A stretch of DNA of 62,600 bases, counting the filler. It is 9 parts of 9 records of this genome, joined end to end, with 100 filler letters (N's around TTAATTAATTAA, not from the genome) between each part and the next. Parts side by side here need not be neighbours in the genome. Positions count along the whole stretch, not along the records: positions 30,750 to 34,433 come from SRR7504441_186; positions 34,534 to 43,323 come from SRR7504441_187; 7 more parts are not named here. The stretch is one strand, 5' to 3'. Made by a program: the position numbers and the translations under genes. The stretch's first letter is position 1, and every line of letters starts with the position of its first letter. Shown here piece after piece: positions 32,752 through 43,423 of this stretch. The notes below the pieces were generated by a model. The model was not told the DNA's origin and made no database searches. It saw nothing but the letters and a program-made list of their open reading frames with translations.

Positions 32752-34065
32752 CTAGGCGTTTGGGTCTGCGTGGGTTCTGATCTCGTTTACAAGCTCTTGC
32801 ACGGCCTGGTAGGCCCCCATCCCGCCGCCCAGCGTGCCTACCGCCGCTACCACCAACGGCAGCCCCGCCTGCAGCCAGCTCTTGGCATGCAGCTTGATGA
32901 AGAAAGCGGCCGGTAACACAAACACACACGCCACAATGCACAGCGCACCGACCAGCGACATCAGTGTAGAGAAGTACGGCACCGCCGCGCCCGCCCCCAC
33001 CGTCCCCGCCCCGACCAGCACCCGGAGCACCGTCCGCTTCCATAAATATCCGTTGGCGCCGGGCTTGAGCCCCGAGGACCTCTCGAGAGAGCTGTGGAGG
33101 AGTGTCATCAGCACTGGATAAGTCAGAAGAATGTGTAGTGTCACCAGCGACTTGGCACCGATCTGCAACGGCCCGACCCGCGGGAGCGAGCACAGGATGG
33201 GTGAGTACACCTCATCGCCATACACGGCATACCCGACTGTTGCAATCGGAAGGTAAAGAGCGAGGACTACCAGATAGGCCAAGTTGGCCGCGGCGTCGAA
33301 CCGCGGCCGGAGCTGCTTCGGCATTGACTCCTCCACGTGCGGGATCCCGGCATGCGCCGCGAAGGCCAGGCTCATCGCCGCGAATGCCTGTGGGAACCCT
33401 TTGACTAAGAAGAGGCTATGACCGCCTCTGTCTGAGTCAGAGTGGGAAGAGCCGTTGCCGTGCGTGGTGAGACTGACCACGATGCTGGTGACCACCACCA
33501 GCACCACAGCGGTCACCCCGAGCAACGCCACCACCCGCAGCTCTCTGACCGTCCCCAGAGCCAGCACCGGGATGTTGGCCAGCCCGCCCGCCGCCCCAAT
33601 CCAAACACGGGTGCTCCAGCCCAGCGGTCCGTCGAAGATCTCTTCCAGGAACTTGCCAGCGAGCACCAGGAAGAGCGTCGACACCCCGAACAGGCTGGCC
33701 CACTCGAATCCGTTACTGGTCACCCGGCCGGCTGGCCCGAAGGCCGCTTGTGCGATCTCGGCATAAGAGCTGCGCACCCGGAGCCGGTCTTCATCGTAGC
33801 AGCAACGGACGACCAGCTTGAGCGTGTAGTTGGAGGCGAGCGCGCACAGCGCGATCATCCCGAGGCAGGCCCAGCCGGCCTGCCGGAGCATGAACGGAAG
33901 CTGAAGTATCCCCAGCCCGGCCATTTGGCAAACCAAATTGGCCGCCACGCCGACCAGCCCAGCCCAGCCGGCAGGCGGCTGTTCCGGGGCCTCGGAGTAC
34001 TGGACGCCCTGCTCGCAGTCGCTGGCCTTCAGCAGCGAGGCCTCCATCGGCTCGGTGGTTGCCAT
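32752..34065 (-). CDS. Amino acid transporter, Aa_trans (AAAP; AVT1/VIAAT-like)
   Basis: GLGILQLPF..AGW, SYAEIA..AFG, AFAAHA, GYAVYG, PYFSTLMSLVGA; about 11 TM helices. Confidence 0.92.
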   Translation of the reverse strand: MATTEPMEASLLKASDCEQGVQYSEAPEQPPAGWAGLVGVAANLVCQMAGLGILQLPFMLRQAGWACLGMIALCALASNYTLKLVVRCCYDEDRLRVRSSYAEIAQAAFGPAGRVTSNGFEWASLFGVSTLFLVLAGKFLEEIFDGPLGWSTRVWIGAAGGLANIPVLALGTVRELRVVALLGVTAVVLVVVTSIVVSLTTHGNGSSHSDSDRGGHSLFLVKGFPQAFAAMSLAFAAHAGIPHVEESMPKQLRPRFDAAANLAYLVVLALYLPIATVGYAVYGDEVYSPILCSLPRVGPLQIGAKSLVTLHILLTYPVLMTLLHSSLERSSGLKPGANGYLWKRTVLRVLVGAGTVGAGAAVPYFSTLMSLVGALCIVACVFVLPAAFFIKLHAKSWLQAGLPLVVAAVGTLGGGMGAYQAVQELVNEIRTHADPNA

Positions 34066-34533
34066 GCGTGACCGGGCGCGGGCTTCTTTGTTAAGTGCGG
34101 GGCGGGCGTTTTATTACCGGGAAGGCCCTATTCAAGTACAAGTACTGTACAGTCGTCGTACTGTAGTCGTCGTCGTACTGTCAGAGCCGGAGCAGTCTTT
34201 TTTATCATGTGAGTACATGTGAGTTCTTAAATGCTCTAGCCAACTCTAGCCAGTGCAATTCGAACCGAGTCTGAGATCCACCGTCGAGATCAAAAATCGT
34301 CATCAATAATATAGATATAATTAATCACAACTGGTACCTACCAACTACCTATCAACATAATTACCTAGGTGGTACTGCGTCAATATAGGAGTTCTGTTGG
34401 CGCGCATGCTCGAGGATACTCGAGGATGACCTTNNNNNNNNNNNNNNNNNNNNNNNNNNNNNNNNNNNNNNNNNNNNTTAATTAATTAANNNNNNNNNNN
34501 NNNNNNNNNNNNNNNNNNNNNNNNNNNNNNNNN

Positions 34534-34867
34534 CGCCCTGAACAGAGCTCACGGCCGCCCCGATCTCGCCCAGCCCCCGCGTCAGATTCATCTGCTCGTA
34601 GAGCACAAACCAGCGACCGGTCTGGCCGCCCCGGCCAGCCACTAAGAATGGGTCGGCCCCAGGGAACGCCGGCGTCGGATCAGGCTGCAGCTCGAGCGGC
34701 GAAGCACCGCGGGCCACTCCAATCGTCCAGGATGGTCCTTTGCCACCAACCGCGCCTTCGCAGGCACGGAGGAGTAGGTACAGCCCCGCCAGCCCCGCCA
34801 GCACGGCGAGCAGCAGCTGTGGCCGGTGCTGTGGCCGTGGGGACCACCAGCACCCCTGCCGCACCAT
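34534..34867 (-). CDS. GINT1-like (GT64-associated) N-terminal beta-propeller, type II membrane protein (3' partial)
   Basis: TM anchor then SWTIGVARGASPLEL, ADPFLV, VLYE, GEIGAAVS, resembling the plant GINT1 N-domain. Confidence 0.6.
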
Positions 34868-34990
34868 CCGGTGGCCACTGCTGACCACTGCAGGGGATCC
34901 AGCACTGCGTTCAGTGCATCCCCTGCAAGTCCAACCAGTGAACCTCCCAGAAATCAAAATTGATATGAAATGGTGAGTAGATAGGAGGCA

Positions 34991-37900
34991 ATGTCCGTCA
35001 GCCGGGCGCCGTTCCAAGCCTACTGCGACATGCCGCAGCAGCTGGACCCGATCGTGGAGCTGCTGCAGGGTGATTGCTCCGACAGCAGCTTCAAAGGTGC
35101 GGCGGCGACGGCGGCGGGCGGTGCTGACTGATGCACTCGCAGAGATCGTGAAGCAGTCGCTGCTGTCGATACACGAGGCGCTCAAGGGCCGCACAGAGCC
35201 GGTTAAAGGGGGGCTGCGCGACGCCGGCGATGTCAATCGGGTCCGGGTGCGGCGTGCGCTCAAGACGGGCTTCGATGCAGTCGGCTCGCCTGCGCCCGTC
35301 GGCCAGGCGTCGCCCGCCCGCAGCTCGGCGCTCAGTCGCAGGGTCGACAAGCTGACTGAGAGCACCGAGGCGCGGCTGGCGGCGTTGGAGGCCAGGGTGG
35401 GCGGGATCGAGCTCCAGTCTGGCGAAAACTTGGCCCGGCTGATGACCGCCGAGAGCAGGACCGCCGAGGCCGGGGCTGCGGCGGCGAGCTCTGCCCAGCG
35501 GATCGAGCTGTTCGAGGGCAGGCTGGCGGAGGTGGAGCGATCCAAGAACAGGCTACTCGAGCTGTCGGTGCCGCTGGCGACTGTGGCCTAGACTGATCAG
35601 CAGCGGGGCAGGCGGCGATGGAGAAACAAAACACGCAGCTGGCTGAACGTCTGGCTGAAGCGTCCAGCCATAAGCCAGGGATTGGGCGTAAGACTGATCT
35701 GAATCGGCTGGAGCTGCAAGTGCAAGCACTGCAACAGCAGGTCGGCCAGCAGGCATCGGAGGTGTGCGCAGCAGCCAGGGGTTGGGCTGATGGTGGACTG
35801 CAGAGAGATGCCGGGACACTGCAGCTGCTACAGGAGCTGCGCACCATCCACAACGAAGTGGATGCAGCGGCGTACAACTCGGCACGAAGAGGCTGCGTGG
35901 ATGTGGCACTGCTGCGCGGCTCATTCCGATGCTGGCGACGGCTTGGGTCGAGTCACCGGGCTAGGGGTAAGGGAGAGGGCGTAGAGAAGCTGCGCGAGGA
36001 GGTGGCAATGTCGCTGGGACAACTTTGGTCTGCTTTAGGTGATGTGGTGTCCATAGATCCGGAGCAGGCAGCCCAGGAGGCAGCAACCGCAGCCACTGAG
36101 GTGTTTGCTACCGGCAACGCCACGATGCAACAGCAGCTGGAAACTTTGGCTGGTGCAGTGCGCGCCAGCAGGGAGAGCGAGCTGCATGTGCAGCATCAGA
36201 TCGAAGAGCTCAAGGCCAGGCAGCCTGAGCCCCAGATCCGGCTTCCTGCATCGCCTGGGACTGTGGCAGAGAAGAGCTACCAAGATGCTCTGCGGGTGCG
36301 GTGGGAGCGGCAAGTGGATAAGATACGGGAAGCTGTCGAGGGGGTACAAGAGCAGGCGGGGCAGTTGCAGAGCAGACAAGAAGCGATGGAGCAGATGCGT
36401 GGGGAAGTAGCAGCCAGCCTAGCTGATGTGCACATGTCAACTAAGCGGCACCAGGAGACGATTTCTGAGCTGAAACAGCTGCAGCACGACCAGAGCGAGA
36501 GCGCAGAGTTGCTCAGGTCGCAGGTGCAGCAGTTGGGTCAGCAGCAGGAGTCATTGCATCAAGCATTGCGGAAGGAGGGCTCTGTCCACGAAAAGCAGGC
36601 GATTGAGCTCAAGTGCCACCAAGACCACATCAGTGAGCTGAGGCAGAACTGGCGAGAGCAGACACGTTCGATAGAGTCGTTGAGCTCGCAGGCAAGGGAA
36701 GCCAGGCAGCAGCACCAGTCAGTGGAGGAGACAATGAAGCAACAGCAGGTGCTGCTGGAGAAGCTGCCACAGCAGTTCAAGCATCAGAGCGTAATGGTTG
36801 ATGACCTGAGACAAGCACAGCAGGATGCTATCAGGAGAGTCGAGCACGCCAATGCCAATAAGCTCCACAAGGTCGAGAGCAGGGTCAGTGCGCTATTATC
36901 CGGTGACTTTGTTGGTCAGACTGCCACCTGGCATGAACTACAAGGACGTGTGCAGCGGCTACAGATCACTGCTGATCGGACCTCAATGCAAGCATCAAAT
37001 CTTGAAAGCCAGGTGCAAGGCAGCGAAGCTAGGCTCGTGCGGTTGGAGTCACAGGCGAGTGAGAACCTGACAGTTTCAGGGGAACGTAGTGTTCACCAGA
37101 GCCCCAATAAGGCTGGCTGGCGTAGGGATCTTGCAGACAGAGTGGCTGTGCTGGAAGCCCAGCAGCCTGGTAAGGTAGAGAACAGCAGACTAGCTGCACA
37201 GCTGGGAAAAGTAGAGAAGCTGCAGCAGGATGCTGGGACAGTGCACGCTCAGCTAGTGAGTTCGTGTGAAGATCGCATTTCACAACTCGAGGAGGTTCAG
37301 CGGTCCGAAGCCGAGGCAATCCAGATGGTTGCACAAAGAATGGCTGTGGTGGATGAGCTGGAGCAGAAGGTGGAATCGCTTGCAGATGTCCAACAGGGGG
37401 CAGACCGACTAAGGACGGCCGAGAGTGGTTCCCATCAGGCCAGAATGCAGGCATTAGAGCATTTGACTCAGCGTGTCGAACAGCTGGAGGGCTGTGCAGA
37501 GATGACTAGTGGGATCCAACTGACCAGAGAGATTCGGAGACAGCTAGTGGAGCAGCTGCCTGTGCAGCAAGACCATGAGGGTCTACGTGAGCAATTGGAC
37601 CGCCAGGCACACAGAGTTGATGAAATGGTGTGCAGCATGGCAGCACGGGTCGATGGAGAGCGCAGAGCTACTGATGAAAGGGTGGAGTTTATCCAGGCCG
37701 AGCTTCGTGGAGAAGTTGAACGGCTGGAGAACATGCTCACAGCGGACGCAGGGGAGAAGGCTCAGCAGACTGCAGATGTAGTGCAGGCCGGGACCAAGCT
37801 GGACGAACTTCAACGCAAAGTGGGCATGTTGGAATCAGTGCTTGAGGCGGAGCGGGCTGCCACTCTGACTGAGAGCCGGGGAAGGGAAGGAGTCCGAGCT

Positions 37901-38854
37901 GAGCTGGACTCAATGTCACTTGTGCAGAGAGAGCTCAAGCAGCAGGTAGACCAAGTTTATAGCAAGTTGGAAGTGCAGACTCTGGCTTCCGGAAGCTTGT
38001 GTGAGCGGGGCTTGGAAAATCGCTGTGATGTGCTCGAGGAGAAATTGTCGCAGTTCACACAGATGGAGACAATGCATCGTAATGCTATAGACCTCACTGT
38101 CTCAGATATGCGACAGGCGCTCGATGTGGCCTCACTGCAATTGGAACAGGAGGCTGCCGCTAGGAAGAATTTGGCGGAGAGAGTTGGCCAGACAGAAGCT
38201 CACGCCCAATCAGTCCAAGAAGTGCAGCTATCGCAGGCAGAGATTGTTTCGATGGCTGGGCAGCGGTCAGAGCAGCTTGCGTCAATGCTTCAACGGGTGG
38301 AGAGCACACTCCATCAATGCTACACCAGACCTCAGGTGGATGGACTCATCGAAGATATTTCAGCCGCACTTCGAGGACTCGAGGGCAGGCTGATCGAGGA
38401 ATCCAGAGCCCGGTCCTCGTGTGAGATGGAGATTGAAGGCCTTCGATCGCAACTGAATCCAGTACAGCAACTTGGTCCAGAGCAGAGTGTAGAGCTGAGG
38501 GCTCTCGAAAGGCGGCTTGACGAAGAGCTAGGTGAGTTGCGAGAGGACTTTGGAGGGTATAAACACCTCTTGCGATCTGCCATGGATAGTATTGACAGCA
38601 TCAAGCGCTTGCGAGAAGCTTCATTCCCTGATCAGGCAAGTAGTGTGACCAGAGCCGCAGCGAGTGAGCAGTGGCGGCAACTACACAGGGCGCAGGAGGT
38701 TGGGCAGGATGCAGGGGGGAGAGAATCACCAGCTAAAGCTGCATTAAAAGGAGCAGGTTACACGGCGTTAGCAAGTCTCCCGACATTGAGCCCAGAAGCG
38801 TTGACCGCACAAAATAGAATGCGAACTGCCCGGGAAATGATCCTCAACCAATGA
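34991..38854 (+). CDS. Large coiled-coil protein; introns near the 5' end
   Basis: More than 1000 aa of Q/E/L heptad-rich sequence; ATG 34991 joined via short GT-AG introns. Confidence 0.75.
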
Positions 38855-39062
38855 TTTGAATATTAGAATAAAGCTAAAGTTCAATAGTTGTACTCGTACA
38901 ATCATGTACCACACTACCAACACACTGACTTAGTCCTGAAGATTGTCCATTGTATTCATTAATTTCCGAGCATCAAAATAAATTTAGTTTTTGGTCTAGA
39001 TTACATGTAGGTCTAGATGAATAAATATTACGTACATGTAAATAAAATTGATATTGCTTGAA

Positions 39063-40739
39063 CTATTGCTCACTCTGAGCACCTTCAGGCGCCGCCTCAG
39101 CACTTTCTTCACAATCTTGAGCTTTTCGCTCTTTGGCCTTCTTCTTAGCCAGCTCGGTCAAAGCTGTGTCTAATCTGGAGAGAAATTCGACAACATCTTC
39201 TTGTGTCATCCCAATTGCTGCTGCCGCATTCATGTACGGTGTTGGGTATAGATCACAGTGAGCTCCAAACCCTTCAAATGCCAGTGGCCCCACCTTCTTG
39301 CTCTCAACTCCAGACACCACCCGCGCACCGGAACAGTTACGTGCAAAGAGCATTGCGCCCAAGAATGTAATACCTTGACGCTCCTCTGCATTCGCACAGA
39401 ACCCTCCTAGCGTCATGGCAAACGAGATCGGGTTGTGCCGTGTGTCCAGCACCCGCTCGCCATGGCGCTCCGCAAGCTGCTCTAACCCGGCCTGCAGCTG
39501 CTTGAACACTGTCTTACGCTGCTGCAGTAGCTGCGTGAACCCATCAGCACCCATGGACAACAGTGTCACAAATAGATCGAGCACCGGCGCCATCGACGCC
39601 CGCCCGGGGTATGCTGCTGAGATTTGATCAAGCAGCTCCTTTGAGCCTGAAGGCGCCGCAAGAATTGCACCGCCCACAGGCACCATGAAGTTTTTATCCG
39701 TACTTTGCACGATCTGCCACACCGGGTGAGCAAGGGCCCGAAAAATGGGCAGCACCACATCCACTCGGCCCTTTCGAATGGCGTTGCCGATTAGCTGGGT
39801 GGTGCTGGCTGCCTGCACGCCGTAAGCATTGTTGATCAGGTGCCCGATTTGATGCTTGGCGCACAGCTCGGCGATCTCGACCAGCCGATCAGGCGCCCGC
39901 GGGGCAAAGCAGCTCGCGGTCGAGACCACAGCCAGCACCTTCTCTGCGCCTAGCTCTTGGATCTGCCCAGACTGTAAGACATGCGCCCCATCGGCGCACC
40001 TGGGCCTCTAGCGCCTCCAGGTCTGTCCGGAGCTCGTCGCCCTCCAGCTTGTTCGCCATGGGCACTGGCGTTAGCCCAGTGCTCAGTATAGCCTTCAGGC
40101 AGGTCTTCTGATCGATCCGCGGCCAGAGAACGTACCTGCCCAACGGCTCGCCGGGCAGAGGCCGCCAGTGCTACTGGGCCGGCTGATTGCGCTGGTGCAT
40201 CGCCAGCAGCGACATTGTGATCGTCATCCCGGTGGCGAGCGGCAGCACGTGGCAGCGCAGCTTGCCCATCCCTGCCAGCTTGAGCGCATGCGCCACCATG
40301 TAGTTGGTCAGCTGAACGATCAGCGACGAGCCGGCCGCCTTGGGTTGGACTGCCATCACGTCTCCCGACCGCCCGATCCCGTGCGCGAGGTAGAAATTGC
40401 GCTGGGCAACCAGCCGAGAGTACACCCGGCCCTCCCGCTCCCCGGCGCCCACGTTGCCTGCGCCCGGATCAAGCTGGGGACGCGCCGCGGCTAGGACCTT
40501 TGAAGTTGTTGCTGTCCATCATGGACAGCTGGTGCAGCGCCAGCTCGATTGACCGGTCGTCCCAGCCGTGCGGAGGCAGGCAGCGCTGGGTGAGCAGGCT
40601 CTGCAGCAGCTTCTCTTGCATCCGGAGCGACCCAGCCCCCTGCTGGGCGTACGTATCCCCGATCAGTGCGGCGGCCAGCTGTGCCCACCGGTCAGCCTGC
40701 ACTCGCCGGGCAGGCTGCCTTGACGTTGTCTGGGTTCAT
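39063..40739 (-). CDS. SEPSECS: O-phosphoseryl-tRNA(Sec) selenium transferase; 5 introns, the first GC-AG (40679-40718)
   Basis: MDSNNF, GAGEREGRV, HGIGRSGD, QPKAAGSS, PLATGM, WPRIDQK, STASCFAPR, NNAYG, QSTDKNFMVPVGG, YPGRAS. Confidence 0.97.
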
Positions 40740-41045
40740 GGCGCTCGCTGTTGCCGGCGCGGGTCGGCGTGTTGAGTTTCACGGAGCAACGTGTACCGGG
40801 GCGACTGTTCTCTGATACATGTAGGTACCGGTATAGGTACCGGTACTCGTCCGGGGCATACAATAAATTATTGACTTCATAATTGTGGGCCCAATTGATA
40901 TAAGATCAATGCAGGGTACCTATTGTACATAGCCTACTGAGATGTAACTGAGATGTCGCGTCGATTCAAAAGTAACATTATAACACTTGACATCGCACAA
41001 ACCACATTGTCATTGTAGCAGAGGAGCTTGCATCCTCCTCAACGC

Positions 41046-42092
41046 TCACGCCTTCTTCTGCCGAGCCTCATCTGCAGCGATGGACTTGGTCTCGTCGGGG
41101 TTCTCACCGCCCCATCGGCTGGCAACGTCGCCCTTTCCGGCTGCAAATGTGCCCAGCCACTTATCCACAGGAACGTGCATCGCGCCGTAGTTGCAGTCGA
41201 AGTGCTTGTGGTGCAGCTGGTGGAAGTAATCGCCCGAGCCCGGCCACTGGAACCCGTCGTGCCCGAGCCAGGCGCCAACGGCGCAGTCGATGATGCATCC
41301 CAGAAACACACACGGGTGGCAGCCAAATGGGACGCAGATGAATGCGGCCGAGAAATAGAGCGTGCTCTCGACGGGGTGCATCGAGGTGCCCGAGAAGGAG
41401 GTGGGGTTGTGCGACTTGTGATGCAGGCTGTGCACATGGCGATAGAGGAAAGCGCCGATGTCTCCCTGCATCAGCCCATGCCTCCGGTCGAACCACGGGT
41501 GCATTCCCCTGTGGATCGCCCAGAAGTGCGGCACCCGCCAGTGGGTGATGGTCACCGCCCAGAACAGATTGTGAATCGGGCTGGCCCAGAAATCCTTGTG
41601 CAGGCTGACGGCCCCAGTCGCCCACAAATGGCACATGCCGATCTCGCACGCCGCGGCTGTAAACATGGCTGTTGTGGTCATCATCGAGTCGTGGATGAAC
41701 TGCGAGCGCGCTGGGTACACCGGGTTGAGCTTGTACTTGTGCAGCTTCTTGGACACCGGAGAGAAGTAGAGGAACCAATCCCAGAAGCCGCAGATGAGCC
41801 AGGCGGCCAGCACGTTGCGCAGCAGGATCGGGAGCATCCAGCTAAGCTCGAACGTCTTGGCCGGCCCGAACGCCGGGTACTGGCCCTCGGGGTAGAGCAC
41901 GTAGATGCAGAGGTAGGCCAGGATGAACGAGCGGGTGGCCGCGATCACCGAGGTGGCGTGCCCGATCAGGTCGAGCTCCGGGGTGGCGTTGGGAGTGGCC
42001 GCCTGCTCGTCCTTGGGCTTGCTCAACGCGCTGGCCACGTGCCCCACGGGCCAGGTGAGGGGCATGTAGAACGGCTGTCCTGCACCGGCCAT
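41046..42092 (-). CDS. Sterol desaturase / fatty acid hydroxylase superfamily protein
   Basis: His boxes HRGMH, HSLHH, HQLHH; SMHPVE; CNYG. Confidence 0.92.
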   Translation of the reverse strand: MAGAGQPFYMPLTWPVGHVASALSKPKDEQAATPNATPELDLIGHATSVIAATRSFILAYLCIYVLYPEGQYPAFGPAKTFELSWMLPILLRNVLAAWLICGFWDWFLYFSPVSKKLHKYKLNPVYPARSQFIHDSMMTTTAMFTAAACEIGMCHLWATGAVSLHKDFWASPIHNLFWAVTITHWRVPHFWAIHRGMHPWFDRRHGLMQGDIGAFLYRHVHSLHHKSHNPTSFSGTSMHPVESTLYFSAAFICVPFGCHPCVFLGCIIDCAVGAWLGHDGFQWPGSGDYFHQLHHKHFDCNYGAMHVPVDKWLGTFAAGKGDVASRWGGENPDETKSIAADEARQKKA

Positions 42093-42262
42093 ATCGAATC
42101 GTCGCGCCTGGTGCCTCTCCAAGGCTGAGATGAAGGAGACGACGGGTCCTGTCTCCGGACTGTCTGCCGTTTTTCGGCAACGGCTCGATCTCTGACAAGT
42201 AACGAGTGATTGAGAATGCTTGTTGCCCTGATCGCTGGGTAACCCACCGTCCACGGGCCCAA

Positions 42263-43323
42263 ATGTCGGTGCTGGGGGCGATGGCCGGGCTGTCGGCCTG
42301 TTGCAGCCAGTCCGAGGCCTCTAGCCTGCAGATCTGGCTCAAACTGGCAGCCGAGGCCGACTGGAAAGAAAAACAGGTCAAGTGCGCCGCCTACGGGCTC
42401 TCGCTGCTCGGCTGGCTCGCGTCGCGCCCGGGCTCCTCGGCGCTGTCCAGCCGGCTGCGCGCGGGATCGAGGGCGTTCAGCATGGCCCGCCGGATCCTGT
42501 GGATCGGGCGGCTGGTGCAGAACTGGCCGCGGCTGCGCACGGCGCTGAACGAGCCGGACTGGTCCACCCGGATAGTGTCAGTGGCCGGGCTGCTGCTCGG
42601 CTCTCTGCTGTTCATCGTGGACGACCTGATCACTGGCTCCACGCTAGGGCTGCTACCCAGCTGGCTAGTCACCAAACACACCTGGCAGCTCGCGGGCCTG
42701 GCTTGGTGGGGCACCACGGTCTGCGCGTTGCTGCTGCAGCGCTGGAAATTCCGGCGGCTCCAAAGCGAGTTTGAGCGCAACCTGGCCCGGCTGGGCGAGT
42801 TCAAGCTCTGGCTCGACCTCGGTCTCAACACGCCCTATGCGTGTGGTGAACCGATAGTATCGCGACTGCCATCTGGTTGGTTTGCTGTGATGGGGCTCTC
42901 ATCTGGGCTCGTAGGCTCATTTAAAGTTTGGGTCTGCGCACACCACGCTGAGAATCTGGAGAGACGACAGACGTACTTGCTGAACAGCCAGTTGCCGAGC
43001 CAGCCCCAGTCAGTCCCCATCCAGCCCAGGACTGTCAGTTGCGACACTCTCGATCAAATAGGCAGCATCGATTTGCCGGAGCCATCCACTGATAATGCAC
43101 CCCGACAGAAGACCCGGCGGCTCCGGCGGCGTAGGCCATCCTCTGCGTCGACGCCAGCCTTGTCACTTGACAGCTCACGTGCCGTGCAGCTGGCACCCTA
43201 CGAGTGGAGACGATGCTTAAGCAGCACCAAGATAGCCACTTCACCACAGACCGTCAACTGGTTCCGCCGCAAGTCAACTGAACCTCGGGAAAATGTAGCG
43301 TATTTGCAAGATTGCTTTATAAG
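42263..43323 (+). CDS. PEX11-family peroxisomal membrane protein (3' partial)
   Basis: KEKQVKCAAY, FSMARRILWIG, DDL..GLL, GLSSGLVG pattern typical of Pex11. Confidence 0.7.
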
Positions 43324-43423
43324 NNNNNNNNNNNNNNNNNNNNNNNNNNNNNNNNNNNNNNNNNNNNTTAATTAATTAANNNNNNNNNNNNNNNNNNNNN
43401 NNNNNNNNNNNNNNNNNNNNNNN

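Noticed and set aside
28147-34065. Secondary-metabolite cluster (NRPS + esterase + transporter)
   Set aside because: The NRPS-like gene is the conserved stand-alone AASDH type and is separated from the other genes by an artificial linker
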